Positions 18,875 to 28,155 are shown, counted from the stretch's first letter. The stretch is 64,000 nt of DNA from a bacterium (GCA_029547225.1 JAKPPS010000056.1:25356-89355); one strand, 5' to 3'. Notes: a model not told the origin generated them from the letters alone. Numbers and translations are program-made.

Positions 18875-18975
18875 TATGAATTATAATGTATTAGTATTTG
18901 CAAAGAGTGAGATTTATGCGGATGATTTCGTTTGCACAAAAGCTTGCCAATAAATAATATTATAGAAGGAAGGTT

Positions 18976-19551
18976 ATGTTGATTCCAACAGTTATCGAAA
19001 AAAATCGTGAGGGTGATTACGCTTATGATATTTATTCACGCTTACTTAAAGATCGAATTGTTTTTGTATCTGGAGCAATTGATACTGAGATGTCAAATAC
19101 AGTTGTTGCTCAATTACTTTTCCTTGAGAAAGAGGATCCAAAAGCCGATATTCAGATGTTTATTAATTCGCCAGGCGGTGTTGTTTATGCAGGTATGGCA
19201 ATACTTGATACTATGCAATATATAAAACCCGATGTATCAACAATTTCCGTAGGTATGTCCATGTCCTTTGGTACTATACTTTTAGCAGCAGGCACAAAAG
19301 GTAAAAGATTTGCCTTACCAAACAGTATAATCCATCTGCATCAACCTTTAGGTGGGGCAGAGGGGCAGGCTAGTGATATAGAAATTACCGCACGAGAGAT
19401 TTTAAGAATTAAAGCCGATCTGTACAAAAAGCTTTCAAGCTACACAGGGCGCACTGTCGCAGAAATAGAAAAAGATGCTGATCGAGATCGATATTTCACC
19501 GCAGAAGAAGCAAAGAAATATGGGTTAATTGACAAGATACTTAATAAGTAA
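18976..19551 (+). CDS. clpP: ATP-dependent Clp protease proteolytic subunit
   Basis: Full-length ClpP pattern: [29 protein letters not shown], the Ser/His/Asp context ([16 protein letters not shown]), and [17 protein letters not shown]. Confidence 0.92.
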   Translation: MLIPTVIEKNREGDYAYDIYSRLLKDRIVFVSGAIDTEMSNTVVAQLLFLEKEDPKADIQMFINSPGGVVYAGMAILDTMQYIKPDVSTISVGMSMSFGTILLAAGTKGKRFALPNSIIHLHQPLGGAEGQASDIEITAREILRIKADLYKKLSSYTGRTVAEIEKDADRDRYFTAEEAKKYGLIDKILNK

Positions 19552-19710
19552 CTGTATTTTTAAAGCAGCTCAGATATTCTGGTTATTGATCGTTTCTTTC
19601 AGATTGTTAAGTAGTAAATATTTGGCTTGCTTTTTTTTTAGGAAAGCTCAAACAGAGTATAATTTTGTTTCTCAAGTATTACTATATATTTCTCTTTCTG
19701 CAAAACAGGA

Positions 19711-19739
19711 TTGAAAAAATTAAGTTGATTTGATATACT
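19711..19739 (+). promoter_or_regulatory. Sigma70-like promoter upstream of tRNA-Val
   Basis: TTGAAA (19711-16), a 17-nt spacer, then TATACT (19734-39), about 60 nt upstream of the tRNA. Confidence 0.45.
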
Positions 19740-19801
19740 GTACTGCTCATTAAATATTAGCTATGTCCTCTTTAGATTATCATAGCAGATAATTGTGTTT
19801 T

Positions 19802-19878
19802 GGACGGCTAGCTCAACTGGTTAGAGCACTTCATTGACATTGAAGAGGTTACAGGTTCAAGTCCTGTGTCGTCCACCA
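19802..19878 (+). tRNA. tRNA-Val (anticodon GAC), CCA encoded
   Basis: Manual cloverleaf: acceptor ggacggc/gtcgtcc, D arm gctc-aactggtta-gagc, anticodon arm cttca-ttGACat-tgaag (GAC at 19836-38), T arm acagg-ttcaagt-cctgt, then discriminator A and CCA. Confidence 0.9.
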
Positions 19879-19882
19879 TTTT
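19866..19882 (+). repeat. Direct repeat copy 1 (tRNA-Val 3' end, gtgtcgtccaccatttt)
   Basis: An exact 17-mer is repeated at 20364-20380. Confidence 0.85.
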
Positions 19883-19921
19883 TCCTGTAATAATTAGTCG
19901 TTAAGTTTATCTTTTTACATT

Positions 19922-20320
19922 ATGCAAAATAATGAAAGCATAGAAGAGAGATCAAAAAGAATCTTAAAAGAGCTATTAACAAAATATCCCAATAAATCTG
20001 CTTATGACCTTGACGGAAGGGGCTTACATTTTGTATGTGAGGTAGAGCCCGTAGACGAACATCCCGAATATGACAGAGCTGTAGAAGTAATAATATCAAG
20101 CAAACCTCATAAGCATAATATAATGGTACAAAATTATACCATTCTAAAAGGGATTTTAGAGTTACATGTTGATAATGATGTAATTATTCTTAAAGAGGGA
20201 AATAAATACAAAGTGGAGGCTGGCACAGTTCATTGGGCAAAAAGTGATAAAGAATGTTGGGTTGAAATATTTTCAGAACCGGGTTGGACCAAAGAAGATC
20301 ATATTCAAATTAATCAATAG
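19922..20320 (+). CDS. Small cupin-like protein
   Basis: PHKHNIMVQNYTILKGILELHVDNDVIILKEGNKYKVEAGTVHWA resembles the two-motif cupin_2 pattern (H-x-H ... G ... H). It is flanked by the 17-bp direct repeats. Confidence 0.5.
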   Translation: MQNNESIEERSKRILKELLTKYPNKSAYDLDGRGLHFVCEVEPVDEHPEYDRAVEVIISSKPHKHNIMVQNYTILKGILELHVDNDVIILKEGNKYKVEAGTVHWAKSDKECWVEIFSEPGWTKEDHIQINQ

Positions 20321-20363
20321 TATCAAGCGAGAGTTATTCTTTGTTTTTATTTTACGGTTGAAA

Positions 20364-20380
20364 GTGTCGTCCACCATTTT
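20364..20380 (+). repeat. Direct repeat copy 2 (att-like duplicate of the tRNA-Val 3' end)
   Basis: Exact 17-mer gtgtcgtccaccatttt. Weaker similarity extends upstream (ggttgaaag vs ggttcaagt) and downstream (gtaattag vs gtaataattag). Confidence 0.85.
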
Positions 20381-20560
20381 CTCATAATCGTTACTGATAG
20401 TAATTAGCTATATACCACATTGGAGAGATGTACTGATAACTGTTTGTGGTAGATGTTTTATTTATGAACATTTCGTGACACATAATTATTGAGAATCATT
20501 ATGACTATTACAATTAAAACGATCTGATTTATTATTGATATTATGATTTCTCATGCGATA

Positions 20561-20589
20561 TTGCACAAACAAATCTAGGGTGGTATAAT
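20561..20589 (+). promoter_or_regulatory. Sigma70-like promoter with extended -10, upstream of the 627-aa ORF
   Basis: TTGCAC (20561-66), a 17-nt spacer ending in TGG, then TATAAT (20584-89). The ATG is at 20617. Confidence 0.5.
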
Positions 20590-20616
20590 AATGCTATAAG
20601 TTGTCAGTCCTAGTGT

Positions 20617-22500
20617 ATGAGTACAACAAATAAACCAGAAATATCATATCTAGATTTACAGAACAATTCAAAAGAAAATACATCTTCAGGAAAAGAAATC
20701 CTCGTAAAAGAATCTGATGATTTTTTGAATTTGAGTTTGGAAAGATTAGTGAGAACTGCAAAATCATCAGCAGTTGACATGATGTCCCAAGATGAAGATA
20801 AAGAAAATGAAAGGCCCAATCAGTTGATTTCCATAATTCAAGAATTCGTAGCGAATCAACAAGATATTCTAATCGAACTGTCATCAAAAATACCTATTAC
20901 ACAACTTGAAATGGCCATACAGAGAAGATTGCTTACAGCAGGAAAGATGTTTATTCCAATAGTAGTACCGAAATTCGATAAAAGAAATGGATCAGATTAT
21001 TTTGCTTCAACTCAATTATATATTTTAGAGCAATTAAGAGCGATATTTAAATATTATGGTATAGAAGGTTGCGATGAACTACTTGCTGATCCAAACAAAG
21101 ATGACATTTCAAATAATGAAGATTATTCTGCAAGAATTGAACAACTTCTTAAAACTGCAATTGATTTACTATCCTTTTCAGACAATAATTTCCTACATGG
21201 AAACAGTTCGAAGGTAATAATAATCACTCAAGATGACGGAAGGAAGGATAGTCAGATTTATCCTGTTTGTTTTCAACATAATCCTAATGACGAAGGAAAT
21301 AATAGAGCCTTAGCCGATGACAGTATAATACGAATCAGCATTAAGGATGATATGACAGCTACTCCAGGCATTAATCCTTCAGAATTACAACAATATTATT
21401 CTACAACCTTCGGAAAAGTTTACAAACCATCTTCAATTACTTTTTACCCAACACATATAACTAATTGGCATGAAAGGATCATAAACGACATGCGTCCTTT
21501 AGACAGTACAGCACTTAGAGCAATTCTTTTGGAGGTTGAATTTATTACCCACGGAGATTTCAGAGCTTCCATTGCAATGTTAGAGCATATGCAGGATATT
21601 TTCCCTCAACTATATAGAAGAATTATGCAGCACTTATATGTAGATAATACTGGTTTTTATAGCGCAGTGGATCTTCAAGATCAGAAGCTATTAAAACAAT
21701 TATACGAAAGATACTTCGAAGAGGAAATTGTACATATTAATAGACTCTTGACTTTCTTAAAACGAGATGGATTATCACGTTTCATTTCTGAGGAGCCATC
21801 AGAAGATAAACGACTTCTATCTCGTAAAGATATCTGTATGATATATAGTATTGCTGCACAGTTCAGAGATGAATCTGCGTACCCAAATGTCTTTATAATC
21901 AATCAATTAATTGCAGAAATTATTGCAAAAGCCTTTTATTACAATTATTATTTTCAAACCGATGGACAAGGATTAGACCTTGTGCATATAACTAAAATTA
22001 CACGATCAATACTTGGATGCGCATTGAATACAGAGGATAGATACTCACAGACACATCGAGATACACTTTTACAGAATCTTTCAAACTTTGATTATTCCCA
22101 CTATTCGGATACTTTCAACGATCTGTATCCAGTAATAAAAATATTAGATGTGTATATGATAGAAATTTTTTCAAAAATATCACCTATGAATCAAGAGGTA
22201 GGATATTTTCATGGACCTGATTCCTATGAACAAATCTTCATAAGCCCGTTTGCTCTTGATTGGCTATTGTTTTGTTACAATATTAAAATGGCAGAAAAGG
22301 CTAAACCTCATAACAATAACACTTCCGATACTACAGATGATTCAGCCGGTGAATCGCCATCTGAAACAAGAAAAACTCCAGATAGGCAATCAATTACATC
22401 CGTAAACCAGAAAGCACTTGACCGTTTGATATATACTATTATAACAAGATTCCCACCAAAGTATGAAGGAGTCTCTCGGACATTTGGAGGTCGAATTTGA
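20617..22500 (+). CDS. Large soluble orphan protein (627 aa), unknown function
   Basis: Uninterrupted 1.9-kb ORF in AT-rich DNA with its own promoter-like element. It has no TM segments and no motif I recognise. Both termini are low-complexity. Confidence 0.6.
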   Translation: MSTTNKPEISYLDLQNNSKENTSSGKEILVKESDDFLNLSLERLVRTAKSSAVDMMSQDEDKENERPNQLISIIQEFVANQQDILIELSSKIPITQLEMAIQRRLLTAGKMFIPIVVPKFDKRNGSDYFASTQLYILEQLRAIFKYYGIEGCDELLADPNKDDISNNEDYSARIEQLLKTAIDLLSFSDNNFLHGNSSKVIIITQDDGRKDSQIYPVCFQHNPNDEGNNRALADDSIIRISIKDDMTATPGINPSELQQYYSTTFGKVYKPSSITFYPTHITNWHERIINDMRPLDSTALRAILLEVEFITHGDFRASIAMLEHMQDIFPQLYRRIMQHLYVDNTGFYSAVDLQDQKLLKQLYERYFEEEIVHINRLLTFLKRDGLSRFISEEPSEDKRLLSRKDICMIYSIAAQFRDESAYPNVFIINQLIAEIIAKAFYYNYYFQTDGQGLDLVHITKITRSILGCALNTEDRYSQTHRDTLLQNLSNFDYSHYSDTFNDLYPVIKILDVYMIEIFSKISPMNQEVGYFHGPDSYEQIFISPFALDWLLFCYNIKMAEKAKPHNNNTSDTTDDSAGESPSETRKTPDRQSITSVNQKALDRLIYTIITRFPPKYEGVSRTFGGRI

Positions 22501-22702
22501 TACATCAGGTTTTGTTGAAGCAGCAGGAGATTATGAAATTGAATATTCCGTGAAATTATATTTAAAACACTACAAAGTATAATTTTCAAACCTAATCTTA
22601 ATTTTCAGACAAATCCGAATACAAATCCAATACTTTTTCAACATTTTGCAAAAATTTTAAAAAGCGTATAATAAAATAGATTAACTTTATTATTACGAAA
22701 AG

Positions 22703-23572
22703 ATGAAAAAGGGAATATTTATAGCAATCATATCAGGAGTATTAATAACAGGAGTAATAGGAGGAATATTGCTTTTCAAATATTTAATATTACCCAATTA
22801 CTCACAAGATAAAAAAGAAGACAATAAAACAACTCAAGAAGAAGAACAAAAAGATAGTACAAAATCGGACACTAACAAAAAATCAGACACAAACACCAAT
22901 AGTGAAAACAATAAACAAAACAATGAAAACAGTACAACTCCTAAAATAATAATTACAAGTCCAGAAGCACAAACTAATATCGATGGAAAATTTTTAGTAA
23001 CAGGAGAAGCATTAGCAACCTTGCAAGAAGTGACAATACATGTCCAAGATGATGAGGGGACAATACTTGGACAAGTAATAGCAGGACTTGCTAGCGGAGA
23101 TCCCAATCCTATGCACGGAATATATCAACAGATACAATTAAACAAATCACCTATGACAAAGACGGGTAAAATAGTTGCTTATCCAACAAGCGAAAGTTCA
23201 GATAGTCAGGATCGGGTAGAAGTACCGATAGCATTTGAAGCTGGATTAAGTGCAGAAAGATTAATTGTGTATTCACCTATCAAAGAGATGTATTATCAAG
23301 GTGGCGAAACGACAATATGGGGACAGATGCAAGATTTCTTTGAAGGTACAGGATATGTAAAATTGCTAAACAGTAATGGTGGGACATTGTGGGAAGGTTC
23401 ATTTACATCGTTATCCGAAAATTATAATCAGTTTGCAGATTTCTCATACACATTTGACATGGGACAAATACCTTTGGCAGCTGGAGATGAAGCAAAATGG
23501 GTATTCTATGATGTAAGCATGCAAGATGGATCAACTTCTATACTTGTGGAAATTCCAGTTCAGATTCATTAG
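22703..23572 (+). CDS. Membrane-anchored or exported protein with two Gmad2-like Ig-type domains
   Basis: An N-terminal TM/signal anchor is followed by a Lys/Asn/Thr-rich linker and two repeats of the pattern xIxSPxx..G.a..fFEgt..v.l.d..G (IIITSPEAQTNIDGKFLVTGEA...; LIVYSPIKEM...QDFFEGTGYVKLLNSNGGTLWEG). Confidence 0.45.
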   Translation: MKKGIFIAIISGVLITGVIGGILLFKYLILPNYSQDKKEDNKTTQEEEQKDSTKSDTNKKSDTNTNSENNKQNNENSTTPKIIITSPEAQTNIDGKFLVTGEALATLQEVTIHVQDDEGTILGQVIAGLASGDPNPMHGIYQQIQLNKSPMTKTGKIVAYPTSESSDSQDRVEVPIAFEAGLSAERLIVYSPIKEMYYQGGETTIWGQMQDFFEGTGYVKLLNSNGGTLWEGSFTSLSENYNQFADFSYTFDMGQIPLAAGDEAKWVFYDVSMQDGSTSILVEIPVQIH

Positions 23573-23768
23573 GTATTTTTGGGCTTTTCCTCTGTCAATC
23601 CTACGATTGAGCAGATGAAGCAATCTCGATAATTTACAATAATAATATATGCCCATTGAAAGGTAGAGTCCTAGAAATACCTCAATGACAAGTTTAGTGT
23701 AAGCGTATACGGCCCCTGGAGTAAATCTACTCAAAGTTACCTGCGATAATTAACCTACAACAAAGAGA

Positions 23769-23797
23769 TTGAAACCGTTTTAAAAATATTGTATAAT
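23769..23797 (+). promoter_or_regulatory. Sigma70-like promoter abutting the start codon (possible leaderless mRNA)
   Basis: TTGAAA (23769-74), a 17-nt spacer, then TATAAT (23792-97). The first ATG at 23804 lies 7 nt after the -10 element. Confidence 0.45.
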
Positions 23798-24220
23798 ACT
23801 TTTATGAATTCTACAGATACTGCCATAAAGGAACCACTCAGTCCAGCATATCAAAGTATTACAATACACAATCAAAGTTCTTTACCAAAAGTAGCACTAC
23901 TTTGGGTTAAAGATTTTTTTTACTGGTGGTATTTAAAGATGCCCGTTTTTCACCTTCTTACACTCAGGCGAATAGTAATTGTATTAAATGATCAACTCTC
24001 ATTTTCACTTTTATTGAGGACTTTCTTTACTCCTTGGAAACGAGATAGGAGGGCAACTGGATATTTTGTCGGGATTACAATTAGATTAATCTATCTTCCA
24101 ATAGCTTTTTTTGCAATTGTATTTGCAGTCATATTGTATATCGCATTTATTATTTTCTGGGTTACACTACCAATTATTACTTTTATTTTACTTATCGCTA
24201 CACCGTTTCTACCAATTTAA
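23789..24220 (+). CDS. Small membrane protein upstream of the Clp-like ATPase, unknown function
   Basis: 2-3 hydrophobic helices in the C-terminal half. The TTG at 23789 lies inside the promoter element, so the ATG at 23804 (MNSTDT) is the more plausible start. Confidence 0.55.
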   Translation: MYNTFMNSTDTAIKEPLSPAYQSITIHNQSSLPKVALLWVKDFFYWWYLKMPVFHLLTLRRIVIVLNDQLSFSLLLRTFFTPWKRDRRATGYFVGITIRLIYLPIAFFAIVFAVILYIAFIIFWVTLPIITFILLIATPFLPI

Positions 24221-24273
24221 TACATGATACACTTTGTTAAATTATTAAGCGTTTTGGATAATTACAGATTTAT

Positions 24274-27006
24274 ATGGGAACATTAAGAACAAATAGTAAA
24301 ACCAACCTTCTTGGATATCATGATAAAAGCACCAACAAAGTTGGACTGATGGATCAGGATCAACTTCCAATGCTGATAGATGAAAATTATGCACCGTTTC
24401 TGACAACAAGAGATCATAATTTTGTAATTGCAACACCTGAAATCAAATCAATGATTCAGAATTTTGCTATCACTAAAAATTTTAGGAAGGTTAAAAATAA
24501 TATTGCATCGATATTATTAATCCCTGGTCTTATTATTTCAATAGGTTATATCTTAAAACTGTTTGGATTCTTTGACGATATTTCATTAATAAACAATATA
24601 TTTTCAAATAAATTACTGAATATGTCATTCTGGATAGCTGTACTTGGAATCCTAGTTTTATGGCACGATACTTATCGAAACGAGATACACCCGATACAAT
24701 TACCACAATCGCCCTTAATACCTGAAAAAGAAATTGACCAGATAAAAACGTACGGATTTAAATTCACAAGATATGTAGAACTTGGCACTTGTGGTTTTGT
24801 CTCAGAAGAACTCCAGCAATTTCTCGCTGCAAATACACATGAAGATAATCTCAATTCGCTAAGACTTTTTAATGAACTACTTAAAATTGAAGAGATTGAG
24901 CGAATAATCAAACGATCTAACCTTGATCTAAATCAATCTCAGTATGAAAAATACGATATTAGCAAAGCTACAATACCTGATTATCCTCTGACAGCTGTAA
25001 GATGTTTGCTTACTTATGCGCTCCAAGAAGCAATTTTGACTAAATCACCATCTATCCAGCCTGCTCACATTTTCCTTGCATACTTCAAAGTTTTTCCAAT
25101 CCTCAAAAAATATTTACAATCAAAGAATTCGTCTATAGAGATCATGCGTGAAGTCGAAAGGTATTATCAAGAGGAGAAAAGTCATAATCAAAGCGTAAGT
25201 TTTTTTAATCCTAAAACAAAATATTATCGTACAGGCGGAATAGGGCGAGATTGGATATATGGTTGGACTTATTACCTCGGTAAATTTAGTACAGATTTGA
25301 CTCAAGAAATAATTGGGGTAGATAAAGTATTTGGTATTGGTCATGAAAAAGAGGTCGAGGCAATAGTATCAATTATTGGAAGATTATCAAAAAAAAATAT
25401 ATTATTAATCGGTGAGGCCGGTACAGGTAAATCAAGCCTGATCAAGGGACTGGCACAGAGGATTAACCTCGGGAATGTACCTCCTCAACTTCAAAACAAG
25501 AGGATTATCCAACTTGATCTTACTCAATTGCTTGCTCTCTCAAGTAATGAAAATAACGGCGGAAGTAGTATGGGAGACCAACTTAAAAGAGCACTCGATG
25601 AACTTGCCAAAGCTGGAAACACAATTCTATATATTGATGAGATACAGGAGATAATACCAGCAAAATCAGAGTCAACTGGTCAAAGCATAGCTTCTATAGT
25701 ATTACCATATATTCTGGAAGGAAAATTTCCTGTAATTGGCACGATAAACTATTCTGACTATAAAAAATATTTTTATTCAAATGAATCTTTACGACAAGGT
25801 TTTGAAAATGTTGAAGTAGCAGAACTTTCTCCGAGAGACACTATGTATATTATTGAAAGCCAGATAGATCAACTGGAAGAGAACTATAAACTTTACATTA
25901 CTTTCCCTGCTATTACAGCATCTATTGAATTAGCTCAAAGATATATTTCTAGTCGTAAATTACCTGATAGTGCAGTCAGAGTTATAGAAGCTTCATGTTC
26001 TTGGGCTCAATCTCAAAATATTAAAGTTTTGACCAATGAGCATGTTTCAAAATATATTTCTATACAAACCAATATCCCCGTCGAAAGCATTACAGCCGAA
26101 GAAGCTACTCGCCTTATGAATCTTGAACAAAATATTAAATCAAGAGTAATCGGTCAAGACGAGGCCGTACATGCTATCGTAGAGTCTCTAAAGCGCTCAA
26201 GAACCGATGTAAGAGATCCAAACAAGCCAATCGGTGTATTTTTATTTCTCGGGCCCACAGGTACTGGTAAGACACATTTGGCTAAAGTTATTTCGGAAGA
26301 ATATTTTGGATCTAAAAGCGATATTATCAGGATTGATATGTCAGAATACCAGGACATCAAGAGTATCGACAAATTACTCGGAGTTTCCGGATCAACGGAT
26401 ACATTATCTCAACAAGCTATTTCTCTATTAGATAGAGTAAAATCAAATCCATACACTGTAGTATTATTTGACGAAATAGAAAAGGCGCATCCTCAAATAT
26501 TAGATCTTTTCTTACAACTATTTGATGAAGGTAGATTAACAAGCAATTCTGGTGAAACAGTTAATTTTACAAACACAATTATCATATCAACAAGTAATAT
26601 CGGAAGCAGATTATTACTTGAAGCTCTACAAAAAGATCGTTCATTGTGGGAAGAAGCAAAGGGTAGGGCAATAATTGAACTCCGCCAAGCCATTCGTCCT
26701 GAATTGCTAAATAGATTTGATGGAGTAATTGTATTCGCTCCACATACAATACAAAATCTTATTAAGATTACTGAAATCCTATTAAACGAAATGGCCAAAA
26801 GAATGCTCGAGAAATCTATCACACTTAAGTGGGATAATACCATTCCTATGATTATTGCTGATAAAGCACAGGAACCGGGACTTGGTGCAAGACCTTTAAA
26901 AAGATTTATTCAGGAGAAAATTGAAGGAAAGCTTGCAACGGAAATTATATCCGGCAGCATCAAAAACGGCGATACAGTTGACATACGTGAGAGCTGGTTA
27001 AACTAG
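24274..27006 (+). CDS. Double-ring Clp/Hsp100-family AAA+ ATPase with N-terminal transmembrane segments
   Basis: D1 has Walker A GEAGTGKSS and Walker B ILYIDEIQEI. D2 has GPTGTGKTHLAK, VVLFDEIEKAHP and ARPLKRFIQ. There is no long ClpB-type middle domain, and I see no IGF/LGF-type ClpP-docking tripeptide. Two hydrophobic helices lie near the N-terminus (IASILLIPGLIISIGYILKLFGFF; MSFWIAVLGILVLW). Confidence 0.8.
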   Translation: MGTLRTNSKTNLLGYHDKSTNKVGLMDQDQLPMLIDENYAPFLTTRDHNFVIATPEIKSMIQNFAITKNFRKVKNNIASILLIPGLIISIGYILKLFGFFDDISLINNIFSNKLLNMSFWIAVLGILVLWHDTYRNEIHPIQLPQSPLIPEKEIDQIKTYGFKFTRYVELGTCGFVSEELQQFLAANTHEDNLNSLRLFNELLKIEEIERIIKRSNLDLNQSQYEKYDISKATIPDYPLTAVRCLLTYALQEAILTKSPSIQPAHIFLAYFKVFPILKKYLQSKNSSIEIMREVERYYQEEKSHNQSVSFFNPKTKYYRTGGIGRDWIYGWTYYLGKFSTDLTQEIIGVDKVFGIGHEKEVEAIVSIIGRLSKKNILLIGEAGTGKSSLIKGLAQRINLGNVPPQLQNKRIIQLDLTQLLALSSNENNGGSSMGDQLKRALDELAKAGNTILYIDEIQEIIPAKSESTGQSIASIVLPYILEGKFPVIGTINYSDYKKYFYSNESLRQGFENVEVAELSPRDTMYIIESQIDQLEENYKLYITFPAITASIELAQRYISSRKLPDSAVRVIEASCSWAQSQNIKVLTNEHVSKYISIQTNIPVESITAEEATRLMNLEQNIKSRVIGQDEAVHAIVESLKRSRTDVRDPNKPIGVFLFLGPTGTGKTHLAKVISEEYFGSKSDIIRIDMSEYQDIKSIDKLLGVSGSTDTLSQQAISLLDRVKSNPYTVVLFDEIEKAHPQILDLFLQLFDEGRLTSNSGETVNFTNTIIISTSNIGSRLLLEALQKDRSLWEEAKGRAIIELRQAIRPELLNRFDGVIVFAPHTIQNLIKITEILLNEMAKRMLEKSITLKWDNTIPMIIADKAQEPGLGARPLKRFIQEKIEGKLATEIISGSIKNGDTVDIRESWLN

Positions 27007-27301
27007 ATATTTCAGCATTTTACCAAAGAATAATCATTATCGATTTAAACAAGTGAGTATCCTGTTTTTTGTATCCGAGCGCTACCCGCAAACACATCTC
27101 TGCCCATCGCTATAAAATCGCTTTCAGAAGGCGATCATTGTCACAATTCAAACAATAAAAAAATTACAGAAATTAGTAGTATCGTTATATTTAAGTAGCT
27201 CGAAATAAATAATTTTGACTGAATAGTAAATGAAATTAGGTTTTGGTTTAGTTCGATTATTGCCATCAGGAATTGTAGAAATAAATAATTTAAAATAGCA
27301 G

Positions 27302-27330
27302 TTGATATATTTCGTAAAATTAATTATAAT
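27302..27330 (+). promoter_or_regulatory. Sigma70-like promoter of the rpmF-nusB-rnc-rpsP-KH gene string
   Basis: TTGATA (27302-07), a 17-nt spacer, then TATAAT (27325-30). The rpmF ATG is at 27364. Confidence 0.5.
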
Positions 27331-27363
27331 AACGAGAATCTACTAATTTGAATACGTAAAGAA

Positions 27364-27618
27364 ATGGGTGCACTACCAAAAAGAAAAATTTCTAAAGCTA
27401 GAAAAGGCAGAAGAAGATCTCACAATGCTCTAACTTCACCAGCAATGTCAGTTTGTCCAAAGTGTGGCAAACCAAAGCGACCACATTTTAAATGTGAATA
27501 CTGTGGACATTACGGCAGTTTCAAAAGAGAATCAACTGATACAAAAGCAAATACTAGTGAGAAGAAAGTAAGTACCGCTCAAGCTACAAAAAAAGCTAAA
27601 GCTGTAGAAAAAAAGTAA
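27364..27618 (+). CDS. rpmF: 50S ribosomal protein L32 with a C-terminal Lys/Thr-rich extension
   Basis: MGALPKRKISKARKGRRRSHNAL and the zinc ribbon CPKCG...CEYCG. Confidence 0.85.
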   Translation: MGALPKRKISKARKGRRRSHNALTSPAMSVCPKCGKPKRPHFKCEYCGHYGSFKRESTDTKANTSEKKVSTAQATKKAKAVEKK

Positions 27619-27630
27619 AAATTTACTCAA

Positions 27631-28155
27631 ATGAAAACAAACCGCGATCCGAGACATCATTCAAGAATATTGGCTTTACAGCAGTTATATTCCTATCATT
27701 TTCATATTAAGAGTGCTGAAGCTAAAATCGATTATGAAGTCGACGAACTCGCAAAACTTGATCTAATTAATGATTTTCAGGACACTCTATACACTCAAAT
27801 AGTCGATGGTGTAAAAGAAAATTTAGAAAGTATTGATAGTTTTATTACAAAACGTGCTCCACAGTGGCCAATCGATCAAATTAAGAAGATCGATCTCGAA
27901 ATAATGCGAATAGCAATATATGAAGGTTTTATTTCTCAAATAACTCCACCAAAAGTTGCTATAGATGAAGCAATAGAACTTGCAAAGAAATTTGGAGGTG
28001 AAACAAGCAGTAAATTTGTTAATGGAGTTCTTGGATCACTTTTTGAAACCAATAATCAGAATGATTCTAGCAAAAATAAAGTAGTTAAAACTGATAAGAG
28101 TCCTGCAGTAAATAAAAAAATTAAATCAACTGTTAAGAAATCTTTATTACTATAG
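27631..28155 (+). CDS. nusB: Transcription antitermination factor NusB, with a basic C-terminal tail
   Basis: [13 protein letters not shown] at the N-terminus, and the [25 protein letters not shown] block. Confidence 0.8.
   Translation: MKTNRDPRHHSRILALQQLYSYHFHIKSAEAKIDYEVDELAKLDLINDFQDTLYTQIVDGVKENLESIDSFITKRAPQWPIDQIKKIDLEIMRIAIYEGFISQITPPKVAIDEAIELAKKFGGETSSKFVNGVLGSLFETNNQNDSSKNKVVKTDKSPAVNKKIKSTVKKSLLL

Noticed and set aside
18744-18975. Heat-shock operator (CIRCE or CtsR box) upstream of clpP.
   Set aside because: No TTAGCACTC-N9-GAGTGCTAA inverted repeat and no GGTCAAA direct repeat. TTAGTATTT...GAGATTTAT is not symmetric.
19884-23600. A complete integrated mobile element or prophage at tRNA-Val.
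   Set aside because: No integrase, excisionase, transposase or phage structural gene is recognisable. Only the short tRNA-derived direct repeat supports past integration, so I report it as a remnant or islet only.
27007-27363. A 357-bp gene-free region with a locally GC-richer patch (ccgagcgctacccgcaaacac...), considered as a possible small RNA (SRP, 6S, RNase P, tmRNA) or a degenerate third copy of the bipartite motif.
   Set aside because: I found no conserved cores of these RNAs (no GAGGAAAGUCC, no tRNA-like end). Similarity to the bipartite motif is only scattered (gtat, aaacac, cccat) at inconsistent spacing. The hairpin atcgc-N9-gcgat is weak. The 3' part is explained by the rpmF promoter.
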